Shown here: piece by piece, positions 20,548 through 29,400 of the stretch
Position numbering within the stretch: position 1 is the first letter of the stretch
How the letters are laid out: each line of letters begins with the position of its first letter
Assembly (NCBI GenBank): GCA_964401005.1
Contig: CAYNWX010000022.1
Coordinates: forward strand, 1 to 60,292
Source: an uncultured Natronohydrobacter sp.
GTDB taxonomy: Bacteria; Pseudomonadota; Alphaproteobacteria; Rhodobacterales; Rhodobacteraceae
Direction of reading: 5' to 3'
DNA: 60,292 nt
Notes under the pieces: generated by a model
Told to the model about the DNA's origin: nothing
What the model saw: the letters and a program-made list of their open reading frames with translations, nothing else
Database searches by the model: none
Position numbers and translations under genes: made by a program

Positions 20548-21164
20548 GCCTTTCCGCTGGTAAAAATGCGCGTGGCAAGGTCTTCCAGATCGGCCTGCAC
20601 CTGCTCGCAGATGCTTTCATACCAGCTATGCGCCATCGACGCCGGGATAGCGACCGCCATTCCAGCCGCCGTGGTCAGAAGCGCTTGCCAGATGCCGCCC
20701 GCCAGCGCCGCCGGGTCGGCCCGGTTGCCTGCCAATTGCAGCGCTTGGAACGCTTCTATCATACCCAGAACCGTGCCCAACAGGCCGATCAATGGCGCAA
20801 TCGTGGCGATCAATTCCAAAACGCGCAAGCCACGGCGTGCCTGCATCAGCGCGGCTTTGGCAACGCGCGTTGTTTCTTCGCGGGCGGCGGGGTCTGGCAT
20901 GGCCGGGTCCAGCCGCGCTTCGATCGCGCAGCGCACGACGCGCGCGCGCAGCCCCGTGCGCCCCGTGAGTGCGGCCAGCGCCCCCTGCCCTGCATTCGAT
21001 TGCCACGCCGCGACCGCCGCGCCGGACGGGCCGCGCGACCATGCGCCCAAGCGCGCCATGTCCCACGCTTTCCAGAAAATCAACGCCAATGTCAGCACCG
21101 AGAGCGCGGCAATCGCCCACAGTGCAGGACCGCCGGTTGCCATAAATTCCTGAAGCTGTGCCAT
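20544..21164 (-). CDS. exbB: ExbB (MotA/TolQ/ExbB family)
   Basis: IAPLIGLLGTVLGMI, LAGGIWQALLTTAAG; GAGGGG RBS before ATG 21164. Confidence 0.92.
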   Translation of the reverse strand: MAQLQEFMATGGPALWAIAALSVLTLALIFWKAWDMARLGAWSRGPSGAAVAAWQSNAGQGALAALTGRTGLRARVVRCAIEARLDPAMPDPAAREETTRVAKAALMQARRGLRVLELIATIAPLIGLLGTVLGMIEAFQALQLAGNRADPAALAGGIWQALLTTAAGMAVAIPASMAHSWYESICEQVQADLEDLATRIFTSGKA

Positions 21165-21319
21165 CACCCCTCGCCTTGCAGGCCGCATCTCGACCAGCAT
21201 ATTGCCGCGCTATTGACCAAGCAATAAAATGCCAACGGGTCTGACAGGCCTTGGCCAAGCCGCAGGGCAAGAGGCCGTCTTGGGCAGCCAGATTCTTGCA
21301 CTTGCCGTGAGACCTGCAT
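21164..21319 (-). CDS. Possible 51-aa small ORF bridging btuD and exbB
   Basis: MQVSRQVQESGCPRRPLALRLGQGLSDPLAFYCLVNSAAICWSRCGLQGEG*, with TGATG overlaps at both ends; no recognisable family. Confidence 0.3.
   Translation of the reverse strand: MQVSRQVQESGCPRRPLALRLGQGLSDPLAFYCLVNSAAICWSRCGLQGEG
21196..21224 (-). promoter_or_regulatory. Candidate internal sigma70 promoter for exbB-exbD-exbD-tonB
   Basis: TTGCTT-17 nt-TATGCT on the minus strand, 32 nt before the exbB ATG. Confidence 0.5.
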
Positions 21320-22074
21320 CACACCACTCCCAAAGGTTGGAAAATCGGCCCATCTTCACTCTGCTGCACGAAGGCGCGAATGTGGAACACGCGCGCCAGC
21401 AGGTCGGGGGTGAGCACGTCTTGCGGCGGCCCATCCGCGGCAATTCCCCCTTGGAAAAGCACCACCAGACGGGTGCAAAAACGCGCAGCCAGTCCCAGAT
21501 CGTGCAAGGACGCGATCACGGTGCGCCCGCGCGCTGCTTCTTGTGCAAGTGTCTCCATCAGCCCCAATTGATGTGCCGGGTCGAGACCCGCCGAGGGTTC
21601 ATCGGCCATCAACAGACCCGTATCTTGCGCCAAAGCGCGGGCGATCAGGACGCGGGCTTGCTCGCCTCCCGAAAGCTGCGTGGCAATCCGCGTGGCAAAG
21701 CCCTCCAGCCCCATCCGGGCCAAGGCGGCTTCGATCGCAGTCTTGTCCGCTATGCTAGGCCGTTGCCCCGGTGACAAATGCGGCAGGCGGCCCAATGTGA
21801 CCAGATCGGCCACGCTGACAGGCCAGCCGATTTCGCGCGCTTGCGGTAGCCACGCGACATGGCGCGCGCGCACCTTGACGGGCAGAGCCGAGAGCGACGA
21901 GTGCCCGCGATGTGGCATCAGCCCTAATGCCGCACGCATCAGGGTGGTTTTGCCTGCGCCATTTGGGCCAAGCAGGCCCACGAATTCGCCTGCGCCAACC
22001 GACAGGTTAATGTCGCTCAGCACATCGCAGGGGCCACGTGCAACTGAGAAATCTGACAGAACGACTTGTGTCAT
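21319..22074 (-). CDS. btuD: Cobalamin/iron-chelate ABC ATPase (BtuD-like)
   Basis: GPNGAGKTT, LSGGEQARV, ADEP, HDL; lies in a B12 riboswitch operon. Confidence 0.85.
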   Translation of the reverse strand: MTQVVLSDFSVARGPCDVLSDINLSVGAGEFVGLLGPNGAGKTTLMRAALGLMPHRGHSSLSALPVKVRARHVAWLPQAREIGWPVSVADLVTLGRLPHLSPGQRPSIADKTAIEAALARMGLEGFATRIATQLSGGEQARVLIARALAQDTGLLMADEPSAGLDPAHQLGLMETLAQEAARGRTVIASLHDLGLAARFCTRLVVLFQGGIAADGPPQDVLTPDLLARVFHIRAFVQQSEDGPIFQPLGVV

Positions 22075-23057
22075 AGCCCCTGCGCCCGCGTTTTATAGAC
22101 CAGATGCAGGAACAAAGGCGCGCCCACAATGGCGGTCAGAACCCCCAATTTCAGGTCGCGGTCGGGCAGCACCAACCGCACCGCGATATCAGCAGCCAGC
22201 ACCAGCACCGCGCCACCAAGGGCCGAGGCCCAAAGCAAGCTAGATGGCCGCGCGCCGACAAAAGGGCGCAGGACATGCGGCACGACAAGGCCCACAAAGC
22301 CCACTGCGCCTGCGACTGCCGTGGCTGCCCCCACCATGCTGGCAATTGCCAGCACCAGAACCACGCGCAGGCGTGACAGGTTTACCCCAAGGCTTGCGGC
22401 GCTGTCCTCGCCCAAGGTGAGCGCATCGAATGCGCGGCCTTGTGCCAGCAGGACCACAGCGCCCAGCAAAATAAAAGGCGCCGCCAGCCAGACATGAGTC
22501 ATGGACCGGTCGGCTAGCGAGCCCATCATCCAGAACATGATCTCGGACGCGGCGAAGGGGTTAGGCGACAGGTTCAGCACCAGCGCGGTCAACGCACCTG
22601 CCAAAGCTGACACCGCGATCCCCGCCAAGATCAGCGTCAGCGCACCGCCGCGCGGGCCTGCCAGCGCCAAGATCAGCGCCACCGCAAGAACTGCGCCCAG
22701 CAATGCTGCCAAGGGTAAGCCCAGTGCAACCTGCGTGGCAAAGCCCGTTTGCAGCGCGATCACCGCGCCCAGCGCGGCAGAGCCGGACACGCCCAACAAT
22801 CCCGGTTCGGCCAACGGGTTGCGCAGATAACCCTGCATTGCTGCCCCGGCCAAACCCAACGCTGCCCCAATCATAGCCGCTAGAATTGCCCTTGGCAGGC
22901 GGATTTCGCGCATGACCAGCGTTTCGGCCAACCCCTCTCCGCGCAGCAGGGCAGCAAGCGATGTGGCAGGCGACAGCCCCGCCGGGCCGATCAAAAGCGA
23001 CAGTGCGAACAGCACCAAAATGAGCAGAACGAGACCCGAAAGCAAAGCACGGGTCAT
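22071..23057 (-). CDS. btuC: FecCD-family ABC permease (BtuC-like)
   Basis: IRLPRA, RNPLAEPGLLG, GFVGLVVPH. Confidence 0.87.
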   Translation of the reverse strand: MTRALLSGLVLLILVLFALSLLIGPAGLSPATSLAALLRGEGLAETLVMREIRLPRAILAAMIGAALGLAGAAMQGYLRNPLAEPGLLGVSGSAALGAVIALQTGFATQVALGLPLAALLGAVLAVALILALAGPRGGALTLILAGIAVSALAGALTALVLNLSPNPFAASEIMFWMMGSLADRSMTHVWLAAPFILLGAVVLLAQGRAFDALTLGEDSAASLGVNLSRLRVVLVLAIASMVGAATAVAGAVGFVGLVVPHVLRPFVGARPSSLLWASALGGAVLVLAADIAVRLVLPDRDLKLGVLTAIVGAPLFLHLVYKTRAQGL

Positions 23058-23899
23058 GGCCTTACCTCTTTCAGCCGTATTATGGCGCGCAAAACCGCAG
23101 GGGTTCCACAGACCCATTCGGCATCGGAAATCGCACCACCCGCATGTCTTGCGCGCAAAGCTTCCATGGCCGGATGGCTGAGCACGGCTTCCGACCGCGA
23201 CGCGCCCAGATAAGGCTGGCTGGAAATGACAAGGTCGGGCAGCAGCATGATAAGTTGCTCCATAGGTAATATGCCGCCGCCCGAAAGCTCTGCTTCAAGC
23301 GCGATATTGGATAAGCCTGCTGCTATCAGAATGTCATTTGCCAAAGACTTGTCACCGGACGTGTAATTGTTTGCATAGTGCAACGCTGCGCGCAAACCGC
23401 GTTCCGGCTCGGCCCGCAGCGCCGCCAAATCTGCGCTGAACTGAGTGGCAACCGCCTCGGCCTGCTCGATACGGCCAAGCAAACGGCCCATGTAACGAAC
23501 CGCGTCCGGGATGTCGTCCAGCCGCGTGACATCTGGCACTTGGGCCACCTCTATACCCAGCCTGCGCAAAAGCCCCACTGTGTATGACGAACTATACTCC
23601 GCCGCCAGAACGAGGTCGGGCCCAAGTGCGAAGACCTCTTCCGCTTGCCCGCGATTGATTGGGTATCCCAAGGCGTCATCAAACATCACAGAGACATTTG
23701 GGTCGTGGGAAATATGCGAGATCGAAACAAGCTGCGCTGGTGCGGCCAGAAGCATCGCAAACTGGTCAGTGCACAGGTTGATCGAGACCACCCTCTCGGG
23801 TGGCCCCGCTGCCGTGGCCCCGGCCCAGAGGGCAAGGGCCGCGGCAAGAGCTTTAGAAGCGCGCCGCAAGCCCAAGATAGAAGGCCCGCCCGGGCGCAT
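23054..23899 (-). CDS. btuF: Periplasmic cobalamin-binding protein (BtuF-like)
   Basis: PERVVSINLCTDQ ... WVCG, the alphaproteobacterial BtuF pattern; start uncertain and overlaps the btuB end. Confidence 0.85.
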   Translation of the reverse strand: MRPGGPSILGLRRASKALAAALALWAGATAAGPPERVVSINLCTDQFAMLLAAPAQLVSISHISHDPNVSVMFDDALGYPINRGQAEEVFALGPDLVLAAEYSSSYTVGLLRRLGIEVAQVPDVTRLDDIPDAVRYMGRLLGRIEQAEAVATQFSADLAALRAEPERGLRAALHYANNYTSGDKSLANDILIAAGLSNIALEAELSGGGILPMEQLIMLLPDLVISSQPYLGASRSEAVLSHPAMEALRARHAGGAISDAEWVCGTPAVLRAIIRLKEVRP

Positions 23900-25718
23900 T
23901 GTAGCCGTTGACCTCTTGATAATCCTCATCGAAGAGATTTGTCACCCGAAGGGTAAGTTCGGCGCGGTCGGTCAGGTCAAACCGCAACCCCATATCGACG
24001 GTGGTGTAATCTGGCAGGCCAGATGTGCGGTCCGCGACATGGATCAGGTTGGCCGATCCACGTAAGCGGTCGGTGATGTCGAAGTCGGCGCCGAGCGACA
24101 GATGATGGCGCGGCACAAGGGGCAGGCGGGTGCCTGCGGTCACACCTTGGGTGATCTTCGCATCCGTGTAGGTATAGGCGAGGTTGACCCCAAGGCGATC
24201 TGTAACCGGTAAGTCGGCAAAAAGTTCAACCCCGCGATTGCGCGATGCTTCGATCTGGGCATAGCGCGCGGTGACGAAATCGTAGTTGATCTTGTCGTCA
24301 ATCCGCACCTCGAATGCGGTCGCAGACAAAAGCCCACCATTGGCCAGACGGTAATCTGCCCCAATTTCACCCGAGACACTGGTTTCTGCACCCAGCGTGG
24401 GATCGCCGAATGCACTGAACAATTCGAAATTCGACGGGGCCCGGAAGCCGCGCGCGATCTGCCCGCGCAGGGTCAGTGCGTCAGTCGCTTGATAGGCGAA
24501 GCTGACGCGTCCGGTCACGAAACCGCCGAAGCGAGAATGATTGTCATACCGGAGAGCTGCTGTAACATCGAGTGCATCGGTAGGACGCGCCAGAAGTTGG
24601 GCATAGATACCGCTGATGGTCGTATCGGACTGAAATCCGCCGAAAGTGCCCGACTGATCGTAATCCTCTCGTTCCCAATCTGCCCCATAGGCCAATGTGT
24701 AGCCGGGCGAAAGCTCGGACACACCTTTCCAATCCAGCCGGGTGCGCTCGCCGATATAGGTGTTATCAGATGGAAATGTAACACGCTCAATATAGCGGCG
24801 CTCGACGCTGTAGCGGCTGACTCCGATTTCCTGTGTGCCAAAGGCCAAATCCAGTTCGGCATAGGCCCGAACGCCCCATTGCCGCCAATCGGCCTCTGCA
24901 TCTGCATTGGGGTCGAGAGACGCAAAACCCAGCGTGTCGAAAGCATCATATTCGCTGTTGGATCTTTGCACAAAACCAGACACGCCAAGGGCCACTATTT
25001 CTGTGACTTGATATCGCGCTGCGAAATTTACCTTCGTCTGCTTGTAGCCGTCAGATTCGGCATCGGGCGCAAAGACCGCACCTGTCGGAGTGCCTTCAAA
25101 CGCGGTTTCCCCATCCGTGCGCTGATGCGCGACGCCGAAAGACACGTCCAACCGATCCTGACGGTAAGCCAATCCATAAGCCAGAAGCGCGCTCGCATTG
25201 CTGCCCCCTTCTGCCGTAAAAGTCTGGGTCAACCCGTCTTCCTCTGCACGCCGCGTGTAGATGTTCACCACGCCACCAACAGATGAACCGCCGTAAAGCG
25301 CAGATTGCGAGCCACGCAGAATTTCTATGCGGCCCACGTTGGAAAGACCAAGTTGCGACAGATCGGATTGGGTCTGCACAATAGAGGGATCGTCAACCCT
25401 GATCCCATCGACGAAAATGGCGGTGTAACGCGCTTCCGTGCCGCGCAGACGCAGGCTGGCTGGCGCACCCATGCCGCCATTTTGCGTGATCGTGACACCA
25501 GGCTGGCGACGCAACAGATCGACCAGAGTTGTCGCGCCGCTTTCCGCGATCTCATCGGCGGTCAGAACTGTCACGGAGGAACCAGAACGTGCCAGTTCTG
25601 TCTCGGTTAAATTTGCCGAGAAGGTCACTTCTTCGAGGTTGATAATCTGTTGGGCTGTCGCGCCATTGGCCAAAAGGCCAAGGGCTGCGACAGTGCCAAG
25701 GAAATGGCGTGTCGTCAT
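23853..25718 (-). CDS. btuB: TonB-dependent cobalamin receptor
   Basis: Signal peptide, TonB box EEVTFSA, plug IEILRGSQSALYG, C-terminal YLGLAARF; downstream of a B12 riboswitch; AGGTG RBS. Confidence 0.9.
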   Translation of the reverse strand: MTTRHFLGTVAALGLLANGATAQQIINLEEVTFSANLTETELARSGSSVTVLTADEIAESGATTLVDLLRRQPGVTITQNGGMGAPASLRLRGTEARYTAIFVDGIRVDDPSIVQTQSDLSQLGLSNVGRIEILRGSQSALYGGSSVGGVVNIYTRRAEEDGLTQTFTAEGGSNASALLAYGLAYRQDRLDVSFGVAHQRTDGETAFEGTPTGAVFAPDAESDGYKQTKVNFAARYQVTEIVALGVSGFVQRSNSEYDAFDTLGFASLDPNADAEADWRQWGVRAYAELDLAFGTQEIGVSRYSVERRYIERVTFPSDNTYIGERTRLDWKGVSELSPGYTLAYGADWEREDYDQSGTFGGFQSDTTISGIYAQLLARPTDALDVTAALRYDNHSRFGGFVTGRVSFAYQATDALTLRGQIARGFRAPSNFELFSAFGDPTLGAETSVSGEIGADYRLANGGLLSATAFEVRIDDKINYDFVTARYAQIEASRNRGVELFADLPVTDRLGVNLAYTYTDAKITQGVTAGTRLPLVPRHHLSLGADFDITDRLRGSANLIHVADRTSGLPDYTTVDMGLRFDLTDRAELTLRVTNLFDEDYQEVNGYNAPGRAFYLGLAARF

Positions 25719-25862
25719 GGGTCTACACCTATGCAGGGGCCGGCAGCGCGGCCCTGAAGTCAGAAATGTCATGCAGGTGCAGCACGCACCGCAGACGGCG
25801 AAAGTTGCCACCGCTACGGTAAAACCGTTACCCGCAGCGCCGCCCGCGCCGGGATAGGGTGA

Positions 25863-26052
25863 ACACTTTGGCAGGTCTCCTGACTTGCGGGTCGCCGCTT
25901 TGCCGGGCCTTCCCGTGGTTTGCACCACAGTGGCATATGCCGACATCGCTCGCCGCTTACAGTTGCGGGGGCAGTCGTGGACTTGAGGCCAATCGGGCCG
26001 CGCACCACGTTCCCATTTTAACCGAAGGTTCGCACCTCCGGACCAAAGCATC
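25863..26052 (-). ncRNA. Cobalamin riboswitch
   Basis: Minus strand: GGT...TTAAAATGGGAACGTGGTG...ACTGCCCCCGCAACTGTAAGCGGCGAG...GCCACTG...CGGGAAGGC...CGCAAGTCAGGAGACCTGCC (B12 box). Confidence 0.97.
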
Positions 26053-26056
26053 TTTG

Positions 26057-26085
26057 GCTTTAGGCGCTTCACCGAGTCGGCGCAA
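26057..26085 (-). promoter_or_regulatory. Candidate promoter of the btu operon
   Basis: TTGCGC-17 nt-TAAAGC immediately 5' of the riboswitch. Confidence 0.5.
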
Positions 26086-26099
26086 CAGTTTTTCTGGAC

Positions 26100-26768
26100 T
26101 TACCAATCAGGTGCCCTAAGCACCGCGCGCAGCAAAGCACCGAGGTTTGCACGTTCCAACATCAGAAGCATGCGCGGCGCGCTGAAGGTCAGAGTTAGCT
26201 CTTCCCCTGCCATGCGATTTGAAGTGCCAATGCGGTTGTCCGGCGAAAACGCGATCCCGTCAATCGGCCATTCCAGCCCAGTGGATTGCCCCGTGACAGG
26301 CCCCATCGGGAACAACGACACCCGCACGCCTTTGGGTAAGGGCAAATGCAGATCTGGCGGCGCAAGCAGGCAGATATCTTCCTGCCCGATCAACAGCACC
26401 CGCGCGCGGCCATGGCGCACCAGTGCTGTCATCGCAGATACAGTATGGTCCAGCCGCGCCCCAAGAAAACCGACGCACAGCAAGAAAGATGCACCCACCG
26501 AGCGTAAGCATTTGTCCAGATCGGTGCTGTCTTGCTCGGGGATATGAAACACCCGCGCCGCCAGTCGATCGCGCAATGCTGGTTGGATTGAATCGAGATC
26601 CCCGATCACCGCAAGGGGCGTATAGCCCAAGTCGTCCAGATGGTTCGCGCCACCATCGGCCGCCAACAGATCGGGGGCCAACGCCAACGCTTCTTTCAGC
26701 GTCGGCTGGTCGAATCCGGCGCCGCCCGCCAAGGTGACCCCAGACTGTGTTTGGAAAATCAGGGACAA
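26100..26768 (-). CDS. thiN: Thiamine diphosphokinase
   Basis: AADGGA, IGDLDS, EQDSTDLDK, GARLDH, GLEWP...GTSN. Confidence 0.93.
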   Translation of the reverse strand: MSLIFQTQSGVTLAGGAGFDQPTLKEALALAPDLLAADGGANHLDDLGYTPLAVIGDLDSIQPALRDRLAARVFHIPEQDSTDLDKCLRSVGASFLLCVGFLGARLDHTVSAMTALVRHGRARVLLIGQEDICLLAPPDLHLPLPKGVRVSLFPMGPVTGQSTGLEWPIDGIAFSPDNRIGTSNRMAGEELTLTFSAPRMLLMLERANLGALLRAVLRAPDW

Positions 26769-26904
26769 TGGGCTACCTTCGAATACGGCATGGGACTGGG
26801 ACCTTGGTCATAAACAGATCATCAAAAAACCCAAGTTCAAACATGTAATCGCTTTGCTGATACGTAATCTTCAGGAAATGTGCAGTTAAATTAAGAGCGA
26901 TGTG

Positions 26905-29115
26905 ATGGTTGGTCCAAGCAAGATACTTACTGTGTCCTACGGCACGTTTTCGTGCACGTTGGAAGGGTTCGACGAACCCTTCGGCACCATGCAGGCAATT
27001 GCGGAGTATTTCCGCGATCTGGCGGCGCAGGACCGCTATTTCGGGGCGGAACCCCCAACCCCGGATGCAGAGATGCTGCATCGCATTGCAGAGCGTGAAG
27101 TCAAACGCCGCGTGGAAACGCAGGTTCAGGAAAACGGGATCGTGCTGCGTCAGCAGTCCGGCGCGGCAAGATCTGCACTAGCCGACTCTGCGATTGACGC
27201 ACCGAACCCAAAGGCATCTGGCGTTGCACCAGCGGCCCTGATGGCAGCCAGCGCCGCATCGGAAGCAGAGTCCGTGCCCTCTGACGTGTCTGATAAATTG
27301 GCGCGTATCCGCGCCGCCGTTGCAAAATCGGAAGCCGATACTAAGCCACCTGTCGCATCAGATGAGCTGCCCGTCGCTGCGGATTATGCCCGTGAAACGG
27401 CTGAAATCGATGCCGACACTTTGGAAGGCACCCTTGCCGGGATCATGGCGGACGAAGCCGATGATCTGCCCGTAGACTTTGCAGCGCAGGACCCGGATCT
27501 CACTCTGGCGGTGGACGAAGATTTCGTCGAAGATGCCTTGTCTGACGAGATAGATAGCCAACCAGATATCGCGGATGAACCGGCCCCGGTTGTCGGAAAT
27601 TCCACCCCCGCCACGGCCGAAACCGAGGATGACTACGACGATTTCGGCCTGTTTGACGAGGATGAAGAAACCAGCGTTGCGCCCATCGAAGAGGCGGAAA
27701 CAGTTCCGCAAACAATCTCTCTGCCGTTTGCTGATACCAATGCTGCAAACCCAGCAGAAGAAGAAGCTGAAATCTTGGAAGCGGCTGAAAGCACTTTTGA
27801 CGCGCCGGAAGTTGACGATGAAGTCAGCTTCGCGCCCTTAGACCAGCCCGAAGCGCTGAATCCTGAAATCTCGGACATGACTGCCGAGGCTTCCGAAGCG
27901 CCTGTGGACTATGACGAGGACGATTTCGAAGCAGAACTGGAACGCGAGTTGGAAGACGCCGCCCGTCTGGAGGCAGAGCGTCACTCCATCGAGAGCCTTC
28001 GCAACGAAATCCGTGCGGTGCTGGGCAAAACTGGGTTGTCCGGTGGATCAGAGGCCGCGTTGGTCGAAGAACTTGCAGAAATCGAGCAAGAGGCCGTCAT
28101 CAAGCACCCGCATTTCAACCGCAAGGCCAAGAAGCGCATCCCCGGCGACACAGACGCCACCGCAGAACGCCTGCTGGAGACCGCGAAGTCAGAACTGGGC
28201 GAGCGCGACTCGGTGCGTCGCCGCGAGACGTTCGAGCATATAAAGGTCGCGGTTGCCGCCACCCGCGCCGAAGAAATCGTGGAAGGCCCGCGCCGCCGCG
28301 ATATCGAACAGGACCGCGAAATCGACAAGTATCGCTCGGGTATGGACACCCCTGCCCCTTTGGAACCCGCATTGGCAAAAGCCGAGATGCTGGCCAAGGC
28401 AAAAGGCCCGACTTTCCCAGAGGCCAGCGACGATGCTTGGGATGAACTGGATGACGAAGACGACATCGTCGCAGAAGCACCCAAGATGGAGCAGCAGCAA
28501 GCCCCGGAACCCGCACCTGTCGCCGTGCGCCGCCCGGCACCTGTCGCCCCAAAGACGGCGCGCCCCGTTGAAACGGCAACAGCCCCGGTAGAGCCTTTCG
28601 ATGCAGTCGCGCCGCGCCCGCGCCGGCCCGCCATGGTTGGCGAGCGCCGCTCCGAGCGGCCAACGAGCGCGCGCGCGCCGCTTGTTCTGGTATCCGAACA
28701 GCGCGTCGATGACGTGCCCGCTGTGGGTGGACCAGTCCGCCCACGTCGCGTTCGCACCGAGCAGACCGTGGAGACGATCATTACCGAAGCCGCGAAAGCC
28801 CCGATCGCTGCCGAAACCGTGGCTGCGTTCAAAGCCTTTGCCGATGACGTGGACGCATGGTTGCTTGATGACCAGATCGAAGCGGCAGCGGCCTATTCAA
28901 CCCATATCCTTGGGCAGGAGGAATTCTCGCGCCCCGACCTGATGGCCTTTGTTCTGGCCTATAACGAGGGCAAGGAAGTCAGCCGCGAAGACATGTTGCG
29001 CGGTTTTGGCACGCTCTTGCGCGAGGGGCGTCTGGAGCGCGGCACTGCCGGGAACTTCCGGCTTGCGCCCGCGTCGGAATATGACGAGCCTGCGCGCAAA
29101 TACGCCCAGCGCTGA
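26905..29115 (+). CDS. Large acidic hypothetical protein
   Basis: About 736 aa with host-like codon use; compact N-terminus KILTVSYGTFSCTLEGFD, D/E/A/P-rich middle, helical C-terminal domain. Confidence 0.88.
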   Translation: MVGPSKILTVSYGTFSCTLEGFDEPFGTMQAIAEYFRDLAAQDRYFGAEPPTPDAEMLHRIAEREVKRRVETQVQENGIVLRQQSGAARSALADSAIDAPNPKASGVAPAALMAASAASEAESVPSDVSDKLARIRAAVAKSEADTKPPVASDELPVAADYARETAEIDADTLEGTLAGIMADEADDLPVDFAAQDPDLTLAVDEDFVEDALSDEIDSQPDIADEPAPVVGNSTPATAETEDDYDDFGLFDEDEETSVAPIEEAETVPQTISLPFADTNAANPAEEEAEILEAAESTFDAPEVDDEVSFAPLDQPEALNPEISDMTAEASEAPVDYDEDDFEAELERELEDAARLEAERHSIESLRNEIRAVLGKTGLSGGSEAALVEELAEIEQEAVIKHPHFNRKAKKRIPGDTDATAERLLETAKSELGERDSVRRRETFEHIKVAVAATRAEEIVEGPRRRDIEQDREIDKYRSGMDTPAPLEPALAKAEMLAKAKGPTFPEASDDAWDELDDEDDIVAEAPKMEQQQAPEPAPVAVRRPAPVAPKTARPVETATAPVEPFDAVAPRPRRPAMVGERRSERPTSARAPLVLVSEQRVDDVPAVGGPVRPRRVRTEQTVETIITEAAKAPIAAETVAAFKAFADDVDAWLLDDQIEAAAAYSTHILGQEEFSRPDLMAFVLAYNEGKEVSREDMLRGFGTLLREGRLERGTAGNFRLAPASEYDEPARKYAQR

Positions 29116-29132
29116 ACTCGCCCCCAGAAGTC

Positions 29133-29164
29133 AAAAAGCCCCGGCCATCGCGCCGGGGCTTTTT
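29133..29164. terminator. Bidirectional terminator
   Basis: AAAAAGCCCCGGC-catcgc-GCCGGGGCTTTTT between convergent genes. Confidence 0.88.
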
Positions 29165-29172
29165 CGTATGGC

Positions 29173-29400
29173 TTATTGCTCGGGCGGCGCGTCTGGGTCC
29201 GGTTTGCCGACACCTAGGAAAACCCGCTTCAACGGGAAGGTCCAGATAATGCCCAGCACGACATAGATGAGCAGCTCCACCAAGAAGGGTGGGCGGTCAA
29301 ACATCTCGACCACGTTGACGGTGACGACAATGTAAAGCGGCAATGCCACCACAAGGGCGAAGATCGACCAACGTTTGCGGGCTTTGTATGAAAGGGCCAT
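29173..29400 (-). CDS. Small two-TM membrane protein (DUF2842-like)
   Basis: [11 protein letters not shown]...LPLYI...LLIYVVLGIIWTFPLK; TGATG-coupled to purA. Confidence 0.8.
   Translation of the reverse strand: MALSYKARKRWSIFALVVALPLYIVVTVNVVEMFDRPPFLVELLIYVVLGIIWTFPLKRVFLGVGKPDPDAPPEQ

Noticed and set aside
25719-26072. 118-aa N-terminal extension of BtuB
   Set aside because: It runs through the cobalamin riboswitch; the signal peptide and RBS place the start at 25718.
26886-26894. CtrA box before the acidic protein
   Set aside because: The TTAA halves are 1 nt apart, not 7.
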